From Myxococcota bacterium (GTDB taxonomy: Bacteria > Myxococcota > JACRCW01), in NCBI GenBank assembly GCA_040752415.1, contig JBFMGU010000023.1, positions 349 through 64,348 of the forward strand: a DNA stretch of 64,000 nucleotides, given 5' to 3'. The stretch's first letter is position 1, and every line of letters starts with the position of its first letter. Under the pieces are notes generated by a model. That model did no database searches and was not told the origin of the DNA. It saw only the letters and a list, made by a program, of their open reading frames with translations. Positions 49,728-58,995 of the stretch are shown here, one piece after another. The translations under genes and the position numbers were made by a program.

Positions 49728-51998
49728 ATGTCCGCGAGCCCTTCCGACTTCGAGACCGTCACCCGCTCCGAGCACGGGACGCCATTCGGCAAGTATGAGC
49801 TGCTGCACCGTCTGGCGGTGGGCGGGATGGCGGAGATCTTCCGCGCCCGCTCCAACGCGCTGGGCGGCGTGATCCGCACCTGCGTCATCAAGCGGATCCT
49901 CCCGGAGCTGTGTGAGAACCGCCAGTTCGTCAGCATGTTCATCGACGAGGCGCGCATCCTCATCGGCCTGCACCATGAGAACATCGTGCGGCTGTATGAC
50001 TTCGGGCAGGTCGACGGCAGCTACTACATGGCCCTGGAGTTCGTGTCCGGTTGTGACCTGGTGGCGGTGCTGGAGCGCATCTACCGCAACGGCCAGGGCA
50101 TGCATCCGCTGGCGGCGGCGTGGGTGGGGCGCGGCCTGTGTGAGGGGCTGCACCACGCGCACATCCAGCAGGACGCCGCGGGCCGCCCCCTGGGCATCGT
50201 CCACCGCGACGTCAGTCCCCACAACGTGCTCCTCAGCTGGGAGGGCGACGTCAAGGTCACCGACTTCGGCATCGCGCAGGCCAAGCACAAGCTGACCCTC
50301 ACCACGCCGGGCACGGTGATGGGCAAGTTCGCGTACATGGCGCCGGAGCAGGCCGCCGGCACCAAGGTGGACGCGCGCGCGGACGTGTTCGCCGTGGGCG
50401 TGGTGCTGCACGAGGCGCTGGCGGGTCAGCGGCTGTTCGCGGGCTCCACGCCCATTGAGACCATTGGCAAGCTCATGCACCAGCAGGTGCAGCCGCCCTC
50501 GACGGTGAAGCCGGGGATCCCGCGGGAGCTGGACCAGGTGGTGATGCGCGCGCTGGAGAAGGATCCGGCGGCGCGCTTCCAGAGCGCGGAGGAGATGGGC
50601 GCGGCGTTGCTGGACGCCATGGGGCGCGCGGGCGGCTACACCGTTGAGGAGTTCAGGACCTACCTCGAGCAGATGATGATGGTGGACCCGTCCGCCGTGG
50701 AGAAGCGGGACGGCACCCAGAGCCTGCGCGCCAAGGTCCCTGCCCCCGCCAAGCGCCCCGCCACCGCGCCGCGCGTGGCCACCGGCGTCACCCCGGACAA
50801 GGAGCTGGGTCGCCTGGCCCAGAGCCTGCGACAGGACCCCAACGTCTGGACCCTGGTGGCCATGGGCGCGCGCCACCTGGAGCTGGGCAGGAAGGAGCTG
50901 GCGGCCAGCGCGTTCCGGGTGGCGGCGGGCGCGTTTGCCTTCCGCGGTCTGCTCATCCAGGCGCTGGTGGCGCACGAGCGCGCGCGTCCCCTCATCACGC
51001 CCGAGCAGCGCGAGGAGGACATCAACTTCCTGATCTCCCTGCGCCAGGCCAACCTGGCCGTGCTGGACCAGTTCATCTCCCGCGTCGACGTGGGCGGCTT
51101 CTATGAGCTGCTCCGCCGCGCCGACGAGGAGGCCTTTGGTGAGAACAGCGCCTCCACGCGCATCCTCACGCCGGTGCCGCTGTACGGCACGGTGGCTCCC
51201 TCGGACCTGCCGCGGTTGCTGGGCGTGGCGCGCGTGCGTCGCTATGCGCCGGGCCAGGTGATCGTGCGGGAGGGTGAAGAGGGAGACACGCTGTTTGCCG
51301 TCGGTGAGGGGCGCGTGGTGGTGTACTGCAAGCCGCCGGCGGAAGCGCGCAGTGCCGAGGACCGCGTGTATCTCTCGTCGCTGAGCGAGGGCGACTTCTT
51401 CGGTGAGTTCGGCTTCCTCTCCGGTGAGCCGCGCACCGCCAGCGTGGAGGCCGTGCTGGCCACCTGGGTCCTCGAGATCGACCGCAGCCAGGTGGAGGAG
51501 CTGGTCGCCCTCAGCCCGGAGATGGCGGGGCCGCTGCTGGACTTCTACAAGGCGCGCGTCGTTGAGCTGCTGATGGCCAAGAGCCCGCTGTTCGCGCCGC
51601 TGCCGCCGGAGGATCGTCGCCACCTGCTGAGCAGGGCGCGGCCGCTGCGCTACAAGGACAACGAGATCATCATCCAGGAAGGCGACGACGGCGACGCGTT
51701 CTTCTTCATCAAGCAGGGAGAGGTGGAGGTCTTCAGCGAGCGCGCCGGCATCCCCATCTTCATCAACAAGCTGCGGGAGGGGCAGTTCTTCGGGGAGATT
51801 GCGGCCATCAAGGGCACGCGTCGCACCGCCAGCATCCGCGCCATGGGCGACGTGGAGCTGCTCACCTTCTCCCGCGCCGACCTCCAGGCCCTCATCGAGA
51901 AACGGCCGCAGCTGCGCGCTTTGCTCGAGGCCGCCATCATCGACCGCGTCACCGAGGCGGTGGAGCAGGTGAAGGCCGCCACGGAGCTGCTGCGCTGA
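49728..51998 (+). CDS. Ser/Thr protein kinase with two C-terminal cyclic-nucleotide-binding domains
   Basis: Hanks kinase motifs (GGMAEIF…, [23 protein letters not shown]) are present. Two cNMP-binding cores follow ([19 protein letters not shown] and [19 protein letters not shown]). Confidence 0.9.
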   Translation: MSASPSDFETVTRSEHGTPFGKYELLHRLAVGGMAEIFRARSNALGGVIRTCVIKRILPELCENRQFVSMFIDEARILIGLHHENIVRLYDFGQVDGSYYMALEFVSGCDLVAVLERIYRNGQGMHPLAAAWVGRGLCEGLHHAHIQQDAAGRPLGIVHRDVSPHNVLLSWEGDVKVTDFGIAQAKHKLTLTTPGTVMGKFAYMAPEQAAGTKVDARADVFAVGVVLHEALAGQRLFAGSTPIETIGKLMHQQVQPPSTVKPGIPRELDQVVMRALEKDPAARFQSAEEMGAALLDAMGRAGGYTVEEFRTYLEQMMMVDPSAVEKRDGTQSLRAKVPAPAKRPATAPRVATGVTPDKELGRLAQSLRQDPNVWTLVAMGARHLELGRKELAASAFRVAAGAFAFRGLLIQALVAHERARPLITPEQREEDINFLISLRQANLAVLDQFISRVDVGGFYELLRRADEEAFGENSASTRILTPVPLYGTVAPSDLPRLLGVARVRRYAPGQVIVREGEEGDTLFAVGEGRVVVYCKPPAEARSAEDRVYLSSLSEGDFFGEFGFLSGEPRTASVEAVLATWVLEIDRSQVEELVALSPEMAGPLLDFYKARVVELLMAKSPLFAPLPPEDRRHLLSRARPLRYKDNEIIIQEGDDGDAFFFIKQGEVEVFSERAGIPIFINKLREGQFFGEIAAIKGTRRTASIRAMGDVELLTFSRADLQALIEKRPQLRALLEAAIIDRVTEAVEQVKAATELLR

Positions 51999-52012
51999 CG
52001 CGCGCACCGACT

Positions 52013-52492
52013 ATGTTCCCCACCATGCCGCGCCTCTCCCTCCTCCTTGGCACCCTGCTCCTCGTCCTGGCCTGTGAGTCGGACCAGAAGGCGCAGCGCA
52101 AGGATGAGAAGCTCCCGCCGCTGCGGCCCCCCGCCGAGAACCTCTTCTGCGCCGTGGGTGGTGACGACGGCGTGGGCATGCCGCCCAAGCCCACCACGCC
52201 GGAGCAGCTGTCCAAGGAGGAGGTGGACCAGGTCTGGGTGCCGCGCAGCAAGGTGCTGCTGGAGTGCTACGAGGACCGCGTCCGTCGGGGCTACGCCATC
52301 AAGGGGCACGTGGGGCTGCGCTTCTTCGTCAACGAGAAGGGCTTCGTTCAGCAGATGTGCCTCGTCGAGGATGAGACCGGCGACAGCGAGCTCATCAACT
52401 GCATCTTCGGCGAGGTGGGCACCTGGAAGTTCCCGGAGAGGCCCGCGCGCACGGAGGTGCGTCGGCGGTTGACCTTCAAGCTGCCCAAGTGA
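52013..52492 (+). CDS. Lipoprotein, hypothetical
   Basis: MPRLSLLLGTLLLVLAC lipobox, 159 aa, coding-like. Confidence 0.55.
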   Translation: MFPTMPRLSLLLGTLLLVLACESDQKAQRKDEKLPPLRPPAENLFCAVGGDDGVGMPPKPTTPEQLSKEEVDQVWVPRSKVLLECYEDRVRRGYAIKGHVGLRFFVNEKGFVQQMCLVEDETGDSELINCIFGEVGTWKFPERPARTEVRRRLTFKLPK

Positions 52493-52598
52493 GGGGGAAA
52501 CCCCGGAAAGGAAGTCAGAAGGCGACTCCGCGACGACGGCGGGAGCACCTTCTGACTTCTGTATTCTGACTTCTGACTTCCTCTCCAGGGGTTTCCCC
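52493..52598 (+). other. Nested inverted-repeat element with tandem TTCTGACTTC copies (candidate structured RNA / complex terminator)
   Basis: The outer stem pairs GGGGAAACCCC (52494-52504) with GGGGTTTCCCC (52588-52598). The inner stem pairs GAAGTCAGAAGG (52511-52522) with CCTTCTGACTTC (52548-52559) around a 25-nt loop. Three overlapping copies of TTCTGACTTC at 52550, 52564 and 52571 offer alternative pairings. Confidence 0.5.
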
Positions 52599-52656
52599 GC
52601 CCCAGCAGTTGACGTCGTGCCCGCGGGGAGTTCTCTTGCGGCCAACTCGGAGGCCC

Positions 52657-53664
52657 ATGATGCGCGCGCTACCCCTCGCCCTGTCCCTGCTGCTCGTCGC
52701 TGCCGCGGCCCACGCCAAGAAGGCCGTCCCGTGTCAGCCCAAGGCCACCATCCAGGCGGGTGCGGGCAGTCGCGCGGTGGCGTGGCTGCCGGATGGCAAG
52801 ACGCTGCTCACCGGCCACACCGACGGAACCGTGCGCACGTGGGCCGCCAGCGGCAAGCCCGGCAAGGTCCTCAAGGGGCACACCGCGGAGGTCTACGCGC
52901 TGGCCGTCAGCCCCGACGGAAAATGGGCCGCCAGCGGCGCGGAGGACAAGAAGATCGTCCTGTGGGACCTCAAGGCGGGCAAGCAGCACGCGGTGCTGGC
53001 GGGACATGAGAACACGGTGCGCTCGCTGGCCTTCACGCCGGATGGTGCCACGCTGCTCAGCGCGTCGTTGGATCGCCAGCTGGGTCGCTGGGACGTCAAG
53101 AGCGGGAAGCTGGACAAGATGCTGGGCGGACAGGCCTGCGTGCTGATGGGCGTCGCCACCAGCAAGGGCACGTTGAGGGACGGGAGCCCGCTGGCCGGGA
53201 CCGCGTGCAATGACGGGCTGGTCCGGGTGTGGAACCTGCGCACGGGCAAGCCGCAATTCGCGCTGGAGGGACACCAGGGGGAGGTGCACGCGGTGGCGTT
53301 CTCCCCGACGGCAGAGGAGACCAACCACGCCATGGCCAGCGGCGACAACGACGGTAACGTCATCATCTGGGACGTGCAGGCAAGCAAGGCGCGTCAGACC
53401 ATGGAGAACGCGGGCTGGACGGACGCGGTGGTCTTCTCCCCCGACGGGAAGCTGCTCATCAGCTCCGGCAATGACATGGCCGCCAAGGGCCTCTTCAAGG
53501 TCTGGGACGTGGAGACCGGCAAGCTCCTCAATGAGCAGTTCCCCCACGACGGAAACATCGGCGGCATCGCCATCTCCCCCGACGGCAAGACCCTGGCCAC
53601 CGCGAGCATGGACGAGACCATCAAGCTCTGGGACGTGGAGAAGCTGAAGAAGGGCTGCGGCTGA
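52657..53664 (+). CDS. Secreted WD40-repeat protein
   Basis: Signal peptide MMRALPLALSLLLVAAAAHA, then about 7 WD repeats (…GH.…V…AFSPDG…W D/N). Confidence 0.8.
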   Translation: MMRALPLALSLLLVAAAAHAKKAVPCQPKATIQAGAGSRAVAWLPDGKTLLTGHTDGTVRTWAASGKPGKVLKGHTAEVYALAVSPDGKWAASGAEDKKIVLWDLKAGKQHAVLAGHENTVRSLAFTPDGATLLSASLDRQLGRWDVKSGKLDKMLGGQACVLMGVATSKGTLRDGSPLAGTACNDGLVRVWNLRTGKPQFALEGHQGEVHAVAFSPTAEETNHAMASGDNDGNVIIWDVQASKARQTMENAGWTDAVVFSPDGKLLISSGNDMAAKGLFKVWDVETGKLLNEQFPHDGNIGGIAISPDGKTLATASMDETIKLWDVEKLKKGCG

Positions 53665-53705
53665 AGTAGACCCGCAAGACGTTGCGACCAAGCGAGGTTC
53701 TTCTC

Positions 53706-54011
53706 ATGAGCCCTGAAGCCAAGAAGATCCTGGACGAAGCCCTGCGCCTTCCTCCCGCGGTGCGCGAGGAGCTGGCTCACCTGCTCTGGGATAGCATTGA
53801 TGAATTCGGGGATTCCGAGGTGGAACAGGCCTGGATCCAAGAGGCGCTTCGACGGATCGCGCAGGCGGATCGCGACGGCATCACCTACGGGCCCGACGTT
53901 CTGGACGAGGCGCTGAGAGAAGAACTCGACAAGCGCTCGAAGGAGATCGAGTCCGGCGAGGTCCAAGGCATCCCCTGGGAAGAGGTCCGCAGGAACCTTC
54001 GCAAGGGGTGA
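53706..54011 (+). CDS. Putative addiction-module antitoxin (TIGR02574-like), apparently orphan
   Basis: MSPEAKKILDEALRLPPAVREELAHLLWDSIDE… matches the antitoxin family that pairs with RelE/ParE. No toxin ORF follows. Confidence 0.6.
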   Translation: MSPEAKKILDEALRLPPAVREELAHLLWDSIDEFGDSEVEQAWIQEALRRIAQADRDGITYGPDVLDEALREELDKRSKEIESGEVQGIPWEEVRRNLRKG

Positions 54012-54032
54012 TTCCGAGCTCGAAGGAACCGC

Positions 54033-54296
54033 TCAGGTGATGTTGCCGCTGCGCTCCAGCACGGTGTGCCCCGCCCCCGTGGCGGCAGCCTTGGCGTCGT
54101 CCATGAGCACGCCTTCAAACCGCCGCACCACGCGCGCGCCGTCCACCACCGTCACCACTTCCACGTAGGTCACGCGCCCCACCACCACCGGCCCCTCGCG
54201 CCCCTGCGGCCGCACCTCGTCCACCGCGCGCAGGATGAGTCGCTGCGGCTTCAGCCCCTGCAGGTAGGTCGTCAGCTCGGGGAGGGCGCCGTCCAT
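54033..54296 (-). CDS. Small hypothetical protein (87 aa)
   Basis: ATG at 54296 (MDGALPELTTYLQGLKPQRL…) with high GC3. It is the C-terminal credible part of track ORF 54033..54677. Confidence 0.4.
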   Translation of the reverse strand: MDGALPELTTYLQGLKPQRLILRAVDEVRPQGREGPVVVGRVTYVEVVTVVDGARVVRRFEGVLMDDAKAAATGAGHTVLERSGNIT

Positions 54297-54504
54297 GGGC
54301 GCGCCAGCTAACGGATGCGGACGGGCCGGGCAAGGCACGCACGTGGGCTCTGGCGCCACGGCCCCAAAACGGGCATAACCCGCCCCCCTTCCCGTCCCCG
54401 CGCGCTTGCGCCGTGGGCAGGGACCGGGGAATGACGGGAATCCCGTCCCGCCTGCCCGTCGTTGGGAGCCATGAGCCCGCGAGGGGGAAGGCCACGGATT
54501 CCCC

Positions 54505-55314
54505 ATGGAGAATGACTTGAAGAAGGACCCTGCCCCCAAGTTCCAGCCGCCGCCCGGACCCCTCCCCGCCCACGTGGCCATCATCATGGACGGGAATGGC
54601 CGCTGGGCGCAGCAGCGCGGGGCCTTGCGCCTGGTGGGGCACCGGGAGGGCGCGCGCAGCGTCCGTCGCATCACCACCTACGCGCGTGAGATCGGCATCC
54701 GCTACCTCACGCTCTACGCCTTCAGCAGTGAGAACTGGCAGCGCCCCGAGCCGGAGGTGGCCGGCCTCATGATGCTCCTGCGCGACTATCTCCTCGAGGA
54801 GCGCGCCACCATCCTGGACAACAACATCCGCCTCACCACCATCGGCAACACCGACAGCCTCCCCGCCTTCGTCCAGGACCCGCTGGTGGAGCTGATGCGT
54901 GACAGCAGTGAGTGCGACGGCATGACCCTCACGCTCGCGCTGTCCTACGGCGGTCGCCAGGAGCTGGTGCGCGCGTGTCAGTCGCTGGCGGCAAGCGTTG
55001 CGCGCGGGGAGCTCAAGCCGGAGAGCATCACCGCGGAGACGCTGGCCAACCGCCTGGACACCGCGGGCATGCCCGACCCGGATCTCCTCATCCGAACCTC
55101 CGGCGAGATGCGCGTGAGCAACTTCATGCTCTGGCAGCTGGCCTACGCGGAGCTCTACGTCACCGAGACCCTGTGGCCGGACTTTGACGAGGAGGCCTTC
55201 AACACCGCGCTGGCCGCCTACCAGCGCCGCTCCCGCCGGTTTGGCCTCACCGGGGAGCAGGCGCGGGACAAGCAGCGCGCGGGTCGAGCGGCCCCTCCGG
55301 GCCCGGCGCGCTGA
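54505..55314 (+). CDS. uppS: Undecaprenyl-diphosphate synthase (cis-isoprenyl transferase)
   Basis: HVAIIMDGNGRWA…YLTLYAFSSENWQRP…RTSGEMRVSNFMLWQ. Confidence 0.9.
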   Translation: MENDLKKDPAPKFQPPPGPLPAHVAIIMDGNGRWAQQRGALRLVGHREGARSVRRITTYAREIGIRYLTLYAFSSENWQRPEPEVAGLMMLLRDYLLEERATILDNNIRLTTIGNTDSLPAFVQDPLVELMRDSSECDGMTLTLALSYGGRQELVRACQSLAASVARGELKPESITAETLANRLDTAGMPDPDLLIRTSGEMRVSNFMLWQLAYAELYVTETLWPDFDEEAFNTALAAYQRRSRRFGLTGEQARDKQRAGRAAPPGPAR

Positions 55315-55358
55315 CTCACGTTGGCAGCGGGACGGGTTGCCCCTAGATTGCGCCGCCC

Positions 55359-56207
55359 GTGAACCGGAACCTCCTCATCCGCATTGCCACAGCGGTCGTC
55401 GCCGTCCCGCTGCTCATCCTGTTCCTGGAGCTGGGCGGGCTGTTCGTCAGCGTCGGGCTGCTGGTGGCCGCGGCGCTCGCCGCCTACGAGTACTTCGCCG
55501 TGGTGGCCAAGGATGACCGGCTCACGCAGGCGGTCGGGGTGGCCGCGGCCGCGTCGCTGGCGGCCATCAGCACCTGGGGCCCGCTGATGCCCGTGCGCAG
55601 TGAGGCGCGCATGTCCTCCGCCACGCTGCTGCTGGTGATGGTGGTGCTGATGTGCGTGGCGGCGTTCTTCCTGGTGCGTAGCGGGGAGATGACCACCGCG
55701 TGGCCCCGCCTGGCCATGTTGGTGGGCGGCGCGCTGTACACCGGCCTTCCGCTCTCGTTCCTGGCGCGCCTGCGCGAGATCCCGGAGGAAGGTCGACTCT
55801 GGTGCTACCTGCCCATGGTCCTGACGTGGGGCAATGACACCTTCGCGTATTTCTGCGGTCGCGCGTTCGGGAAACACAAGCTGGCGCCGGCCATCAGTCC
55901 CGGGAAGACGTGGGAAGGCGCCATGGGCGCGGCGTTCCTGACGGTGGGTGCGGCTTTCGTGTGGCGCGCCGTGGCCATGCCCTCCCTCACCGTGGCCGAC
56001 TGCGTGGGCCTGGGGCTGGGCATCAGCCTGCTGGGCCCCATTGGCGACCTCACCGAGAGCGTCTGGAAGCGCAGCGCCGGCATCAAGGACAGCGGCACCA
56101 TGATTCCCGGGCACGGCGGACTGCTGGACCGCATTGACGCGCTCATGTTCACCGCGCCCTACCTGTACTTCTTCGCCGAGTTCCTGCACCCCTGGCGTCC
56201 GTTCTGA
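55359..56207 (+). CDS. cdsA: Phosphatidate cytidylyltransferase
   Basis: Multi-TM with …SPGKTWEG… and …GDLTESVWKRSAGIKDSGTMIPGHGGLLDRIDA…, the CdsA signature. GTG start. Confidence 0.9.
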   Translation: MNRNLLIRIATAVVAVPLLILFLELGGLFVSVGLLVAAALAAYEYFAVVAKDDRLTQAVGVAAAASLAAISTWGPLMPVRSEARMSSATLLLVMVVLMCVAAFFLVRSGEMTTAWPRLAMLVGGALYTGLPLSFLARLREIPEEGRLWCYLPMVLTWGNDTFAYFCGRAFGKHKLAPAISPGKTWEGAMGAAFLTVGAAFVWRAVAMPSLTVADCVGLGLGISLLGPIGDLTESVWKRSAGIKDSGTMIPGHGGLLDRIDALMFTAPYLYFFAEFLHPWRPF

Positions 56208-56280
56208 CCGCTGGGACGCGTGGGACAAGTCCGCCACCCCACCCGGGCTGGCAACGCCCCGCCCTGAAACCACCGCAACC

Positions 56281-56490
56281 ATCCCGGGCAACGCACCCGC
56301 CATCCAGGCAAAGTGGCCGCCATGCTTGCCTGGGATATCACCATGCTTGCCTGGGATAAGACCCACCTTGCCTGGGATCGCAGCTACCTTGCCCGGGACC
56401 GCATCAATACTGCCTGGGATTTCTCCCATCTTGCCTGGGCCATCACCCACCTTGCCTGATCAAACCACCACCATGCCTGGTGTGCGAGGA
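56281..56490. repeat. Array of 10 contiguous 21-bp units with core TTGCCTGGGAT (first two units inverted)
   Basis: Units start at 56281, 56302, 56323, 56344, 56365, 56386, 56407, 56428, 56449 and 56470. Units 3-10 carry (c)TTGCCTGGGA(t) and units 1-2 carry the reverse complement ATCC(C/A)GGGCA. No frame gives Myxococcus-like codon usage. Confidence 0.7.
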
Positions 56491-56672
56491 GGCGTGCCGG
56501 GAAGGCCAAGCGCCACCCATGGAGCGCATGGCTGCTCCCCGTGGGCCCATGGGTGACCAGCCGGGCGTGCCGGGGTGCGCGTTCTTGAAGGTGGGTGGGT
56601 TCCGCGGAGCCGCAGCGAGGTACCTGCAGGGGTTTTGGACGGTTTCAGGCCTTGCACCAGGCAATCCGGCAC

Positions 56673-57095
56673 TCACTTGCCGCCCAGCAGCCGGTCCGCC
56701 TCCTCTTCCAGGCCGGGCCGCTCCAGGCCGCCGCGCAGCATGATGGTGACGTCCTCGAACTCGTAGGGGGAGAACTCCAGCGTCGGGTACGCCTCGCGGT
56801 CGCCCTCCAGCCATTCCTCGAGGACGCCGTCCAGGAAGTCCAGCAGCAGGTCCACGCTGGCGCCGCGCGGGCGCACGTCCTTCTTCTCCACCTGCGCTTC
56901 AAAGCGGAACACGTCGTCACCGGTGTGCACCAGGAAGCTCATCGTGTCGTGGACCTCGTCCTCCACGTGCACCACCTCCACGCGCTCATCCTTCTGGAGC
57001 TTGCCCTTGTGGCGCTTGCGGATCAGCTCTTCCACGCGCGTCTTCTCGTCGGCCCTCACCACCGCCTCCTCCGTCGCGCCCACGCGCCGCGACAC
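56673..57095 (-). CDS. Acidic hypothetical protein
   Basis: 140 aa with high GC3 and a GTG start at 57095. No family recognised. Confidence 0.5.
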   Translation of the reverse strand: MSRRVGATEEAVVRADEKTRVEELIRKRHKGKLQKDERVEVVHVEDEVHDTMSFLVHTGDDVFRFEAQVEKKDVRPRGASVDLLLDFLDGVLEEWLEGDREAYPTLEFSPYEFEDVTIMLRGGLERPGLEEEADRLLGGK

Positions 57096-57103
57096 TCCCC
57101 GGC

Positions 57104-57730
57104 GTGGTCTACCCCAAGCAAGCGGCAGGGTCAGGGCTTCCCCGGCCCTCCCCCCGCGTAGTAGCGCCTGGGGACGTCGTGAAGGATCCCCGCCCTGACT
57201 TCAGCAAGGCCCTGGACCGCCTGGTGGTGGACGTCACCCGGCGCGTGCCCCAGCTTGGCCACGTGCGCCCCAGCGAAATCCTCGTCGTGGCCGGAGCAGC
57301 CAAGGACACCAGCCGTGCCACCATCCGCACCCTGGAGGTGCCGGTCACGGTGGAGGGACACCGTCGCCGCTTCGAGGTCACCCTCCGCCCCCTCTTCTTC
57401 CTGGACGCCAACGGGCTCGGCCGCCTGGTCACGCTGATGCACGAGCTCCACCACATCAGCCCCGCCGGCGCGGGGTTGGCGGCGGAGCGTCGTCACGGGG
57501 CGGCGGAGGGGGACTTTGACGACCACGTGGAGTCGCTGGCCCGGAACTACTGCCAGGTGGCGCCCATGGCCGTGCTGGCCCCGCTGGGGCACCACGGGGA
57601 GGTCCTGTGTCGACAGTGGCGCATCCGCCCGGGTGCCACCGGACCGGCGCGCCGCTATTCGGACCAGCACCTCTTCCTGGGGCCGGTGTTGATGCAGACG
57701 CCCCGTCGCGAGAGAACGGGATGGTGGTGA
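57104..57730 (+). CDS. Hypothetical protein with HExxH motif (possible metal-dependent hydrolase)
   Basis: …LVTLMHELHHISPAG… It lies upstream of rapZ; the start is uncertain (GTG 57104). Confidence 0.45.
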   Translation: MVYPKQAAGSGLPRPSPRVVAPGDVVKDPRPDFSKALDRLVVDVTRRVPQLGHVRPSEILVVAGAAKDTSRATIRTLEVPVTVEGHRRRFEVTLRPLFFLDANGLGRLVTLMHELHHISPAGAGLAAERRHGAAEGDFDDHVESLARNYCQVAPMAVLAPLGHHGEVLCRQWRIRPGATGPARRYSDQHLFLGPVLMQTPRRERTGWW

Positions 57731-57836
57731 CGCTCATGACGCAGCAGGCCAAACCGGACGGGAGCAGGGGTTGGAGGGCCGTGGTCGGTGCCCCCATCAT
57801 CGCCGCGGGCTGGGCCTTTGAGATGGGTGCACCGTG

Positions 57837-58715
57837 ATGCGGGTGGTGGTGGTCAGCGGGCTGGCGGGGGCGGGCAAGAGCACCGCGGCACGGGCCCTGG
57901 AGGACATGGGCTTCTTCTGCGTGGACAACCTCCCCGCGGCGCTCATGGGCACCCTGGTCAACCTGGCGGAGAGCAGCGGGCAGGTGAGCCAGGTGGCGCT
58001 CGTCGTCGACGCGCGGGAGGGGAAGTTCCTGGAGCCCTTCCCGGAGAGCTTCCAGCGCCTCAAGGCCACCGTCCCCGACGCCACCCTGCTCTACCTGGAG
58101 GCCCGCGACGAGGTCCTGTTGCGCCGCTACAGCGAGACGCGACGTCGTCACCCGCTGGCGCCGGAGGGGGGCAGCGTGGCGGAGGGGATTGCGCGGGAGC
58201 GCGCCATCCTCGCGCCCATCAAGGACCTCGCCGACCAGGTCATCGACACCTCGCCCTACAGCGTGCACGAGCTGAAGGCGCTGGTGATGGAGCGTTTTGG
58301 CAGCCCGGCGCAGAAGACGCTGGCCATCACGCTGCTGTCGTTCGGGTTCAAGAACGGGCTGCCGCCGGAGCTGGACCTGTGCGCGGACGTGCGCTTTTTG
58401 CCCAACCCCTTCTTCGTCGACGAGCTGCGGGCGGGCACGGGCCTGGACGCGCCGGTGAGCCGCTACGTGCTGGACCGACCCGCGGCCGGGGAGTTCCTGG
58501 ACCGCTACACGGATCTCCTGAAGTTCCTGCTCCCGGCGTATGCGACGGAGGGGAAGCGCTACCTCACCATCGGCGTCGGGTGCACGGGTGGGCAGCACCG
58601 TTCCGTGGCCATCACGGCGGAGCTGGCGCGTCGACTGGAGGCCGCCGGCTTCAACGTGCGCGTGCGACACCGGGAGCTGACGGGGAAGCGGGGAGCGGGA
58701 GGCGGTGATGGCTGA
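57837..58715 (+). CDS. rapZ: RNase adapter protein RapZ (P-loop NTPase)
   Basis: MRVVVVSGLAGAGKSTAARALEDMGFFCVDNLP…, Walker A plus RapZ C-domain. Confidence 0.9.
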   Translation: MRVVVVSGLAGAGKSTAARALEDMGFFCVDNLPAALMGTLVNLAESSGQVSQVALVVDAREGKFLEPFPESFQRLKATVPDATLLYLEARDEVLLRRYSETRRRHPLAPEGGSVAEGIARERAILAPIKDLADQVIDTSPYSVHELKALVMERFGSPAQKTLAITLLSFGFKNGLPPELDLCADVRFLPNPFFVDELRAGTGLDAPVSRYVLDRPAAGEFLDRYTDLLKFLLPAYATEGKRYLTIGVGCTGGQHRSVAITAELARRLEAAGFNVRVRHRELTGKRGAGGGDG

Positions 58716-58992
58716 GTTGACGCGGGACTTGCTGATCCAGAATGAGCTGGGTCTGCACGCGCGGGCCGCGGCGCAGCTGGTGAACCTGGCGGGCAAGCAC
58801 AAGCCGGACCTGCACCTCCGACGCGAAGACCTGGAGGTCAACGGCAAGAGCATCATGGGCGTGCTCATGCTGGCGGCGGCCAAGGGCACCACCGTGACGG
58901 CGCGCGCGGTGGGCGAGGATGAGGCCGCGCTGCGCAACCTGCTGGACGAGATCGAGCGGCTGGTGAACAACAAGTTCGGGGAGGGGAAGTAA
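58708..58992 (+). CDS. ptsH: Phosphocarrier protein HPr
   Basis: MAELTRDLLIQNELGLHARAAAQLV…, active-site His in GLHARA. It overlaps the rapZ end. Confidence 0.9.
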   Translation: MAELTRDLLIQNELGLHARAAAQLVNLAGKHKPDLHLRREDLEVNGKSIMGVLMLAAAKGTTVTARAVGEDEAALRNLLDEIERLVNNKFGEGK

Positions 58993-58995
58993 TCC

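Noticed and set aside
49581-52007. Upstream 800 codons of the 918-aa minus ORF 49251..52007
   Set aside because: It is the antisense of the Ser/Thr kinase gene. Only the 3' 330 bp (the RemA-like gene) is credible.
56281-56490. Possibility that the 21-bp array is a CRISPR array
   Set aside because: The units are contiguous with variable flanks of only ~10 bp inside each period. There are no unique 30-40 bp spacers and no cas genes nearby.
56134-56556. + ORF translating the 21-bp array as LPGI heptads (…CLPGISPCLPGIRPTLPGIAATLPG…)
   Set aside because: It starts inside cdsA, uses rare codons (ATA, TCA, CCA) that are atypical for this genome, and the alternative frames are interrupted or equally atypical. 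I treat it as a non-coding repeat.
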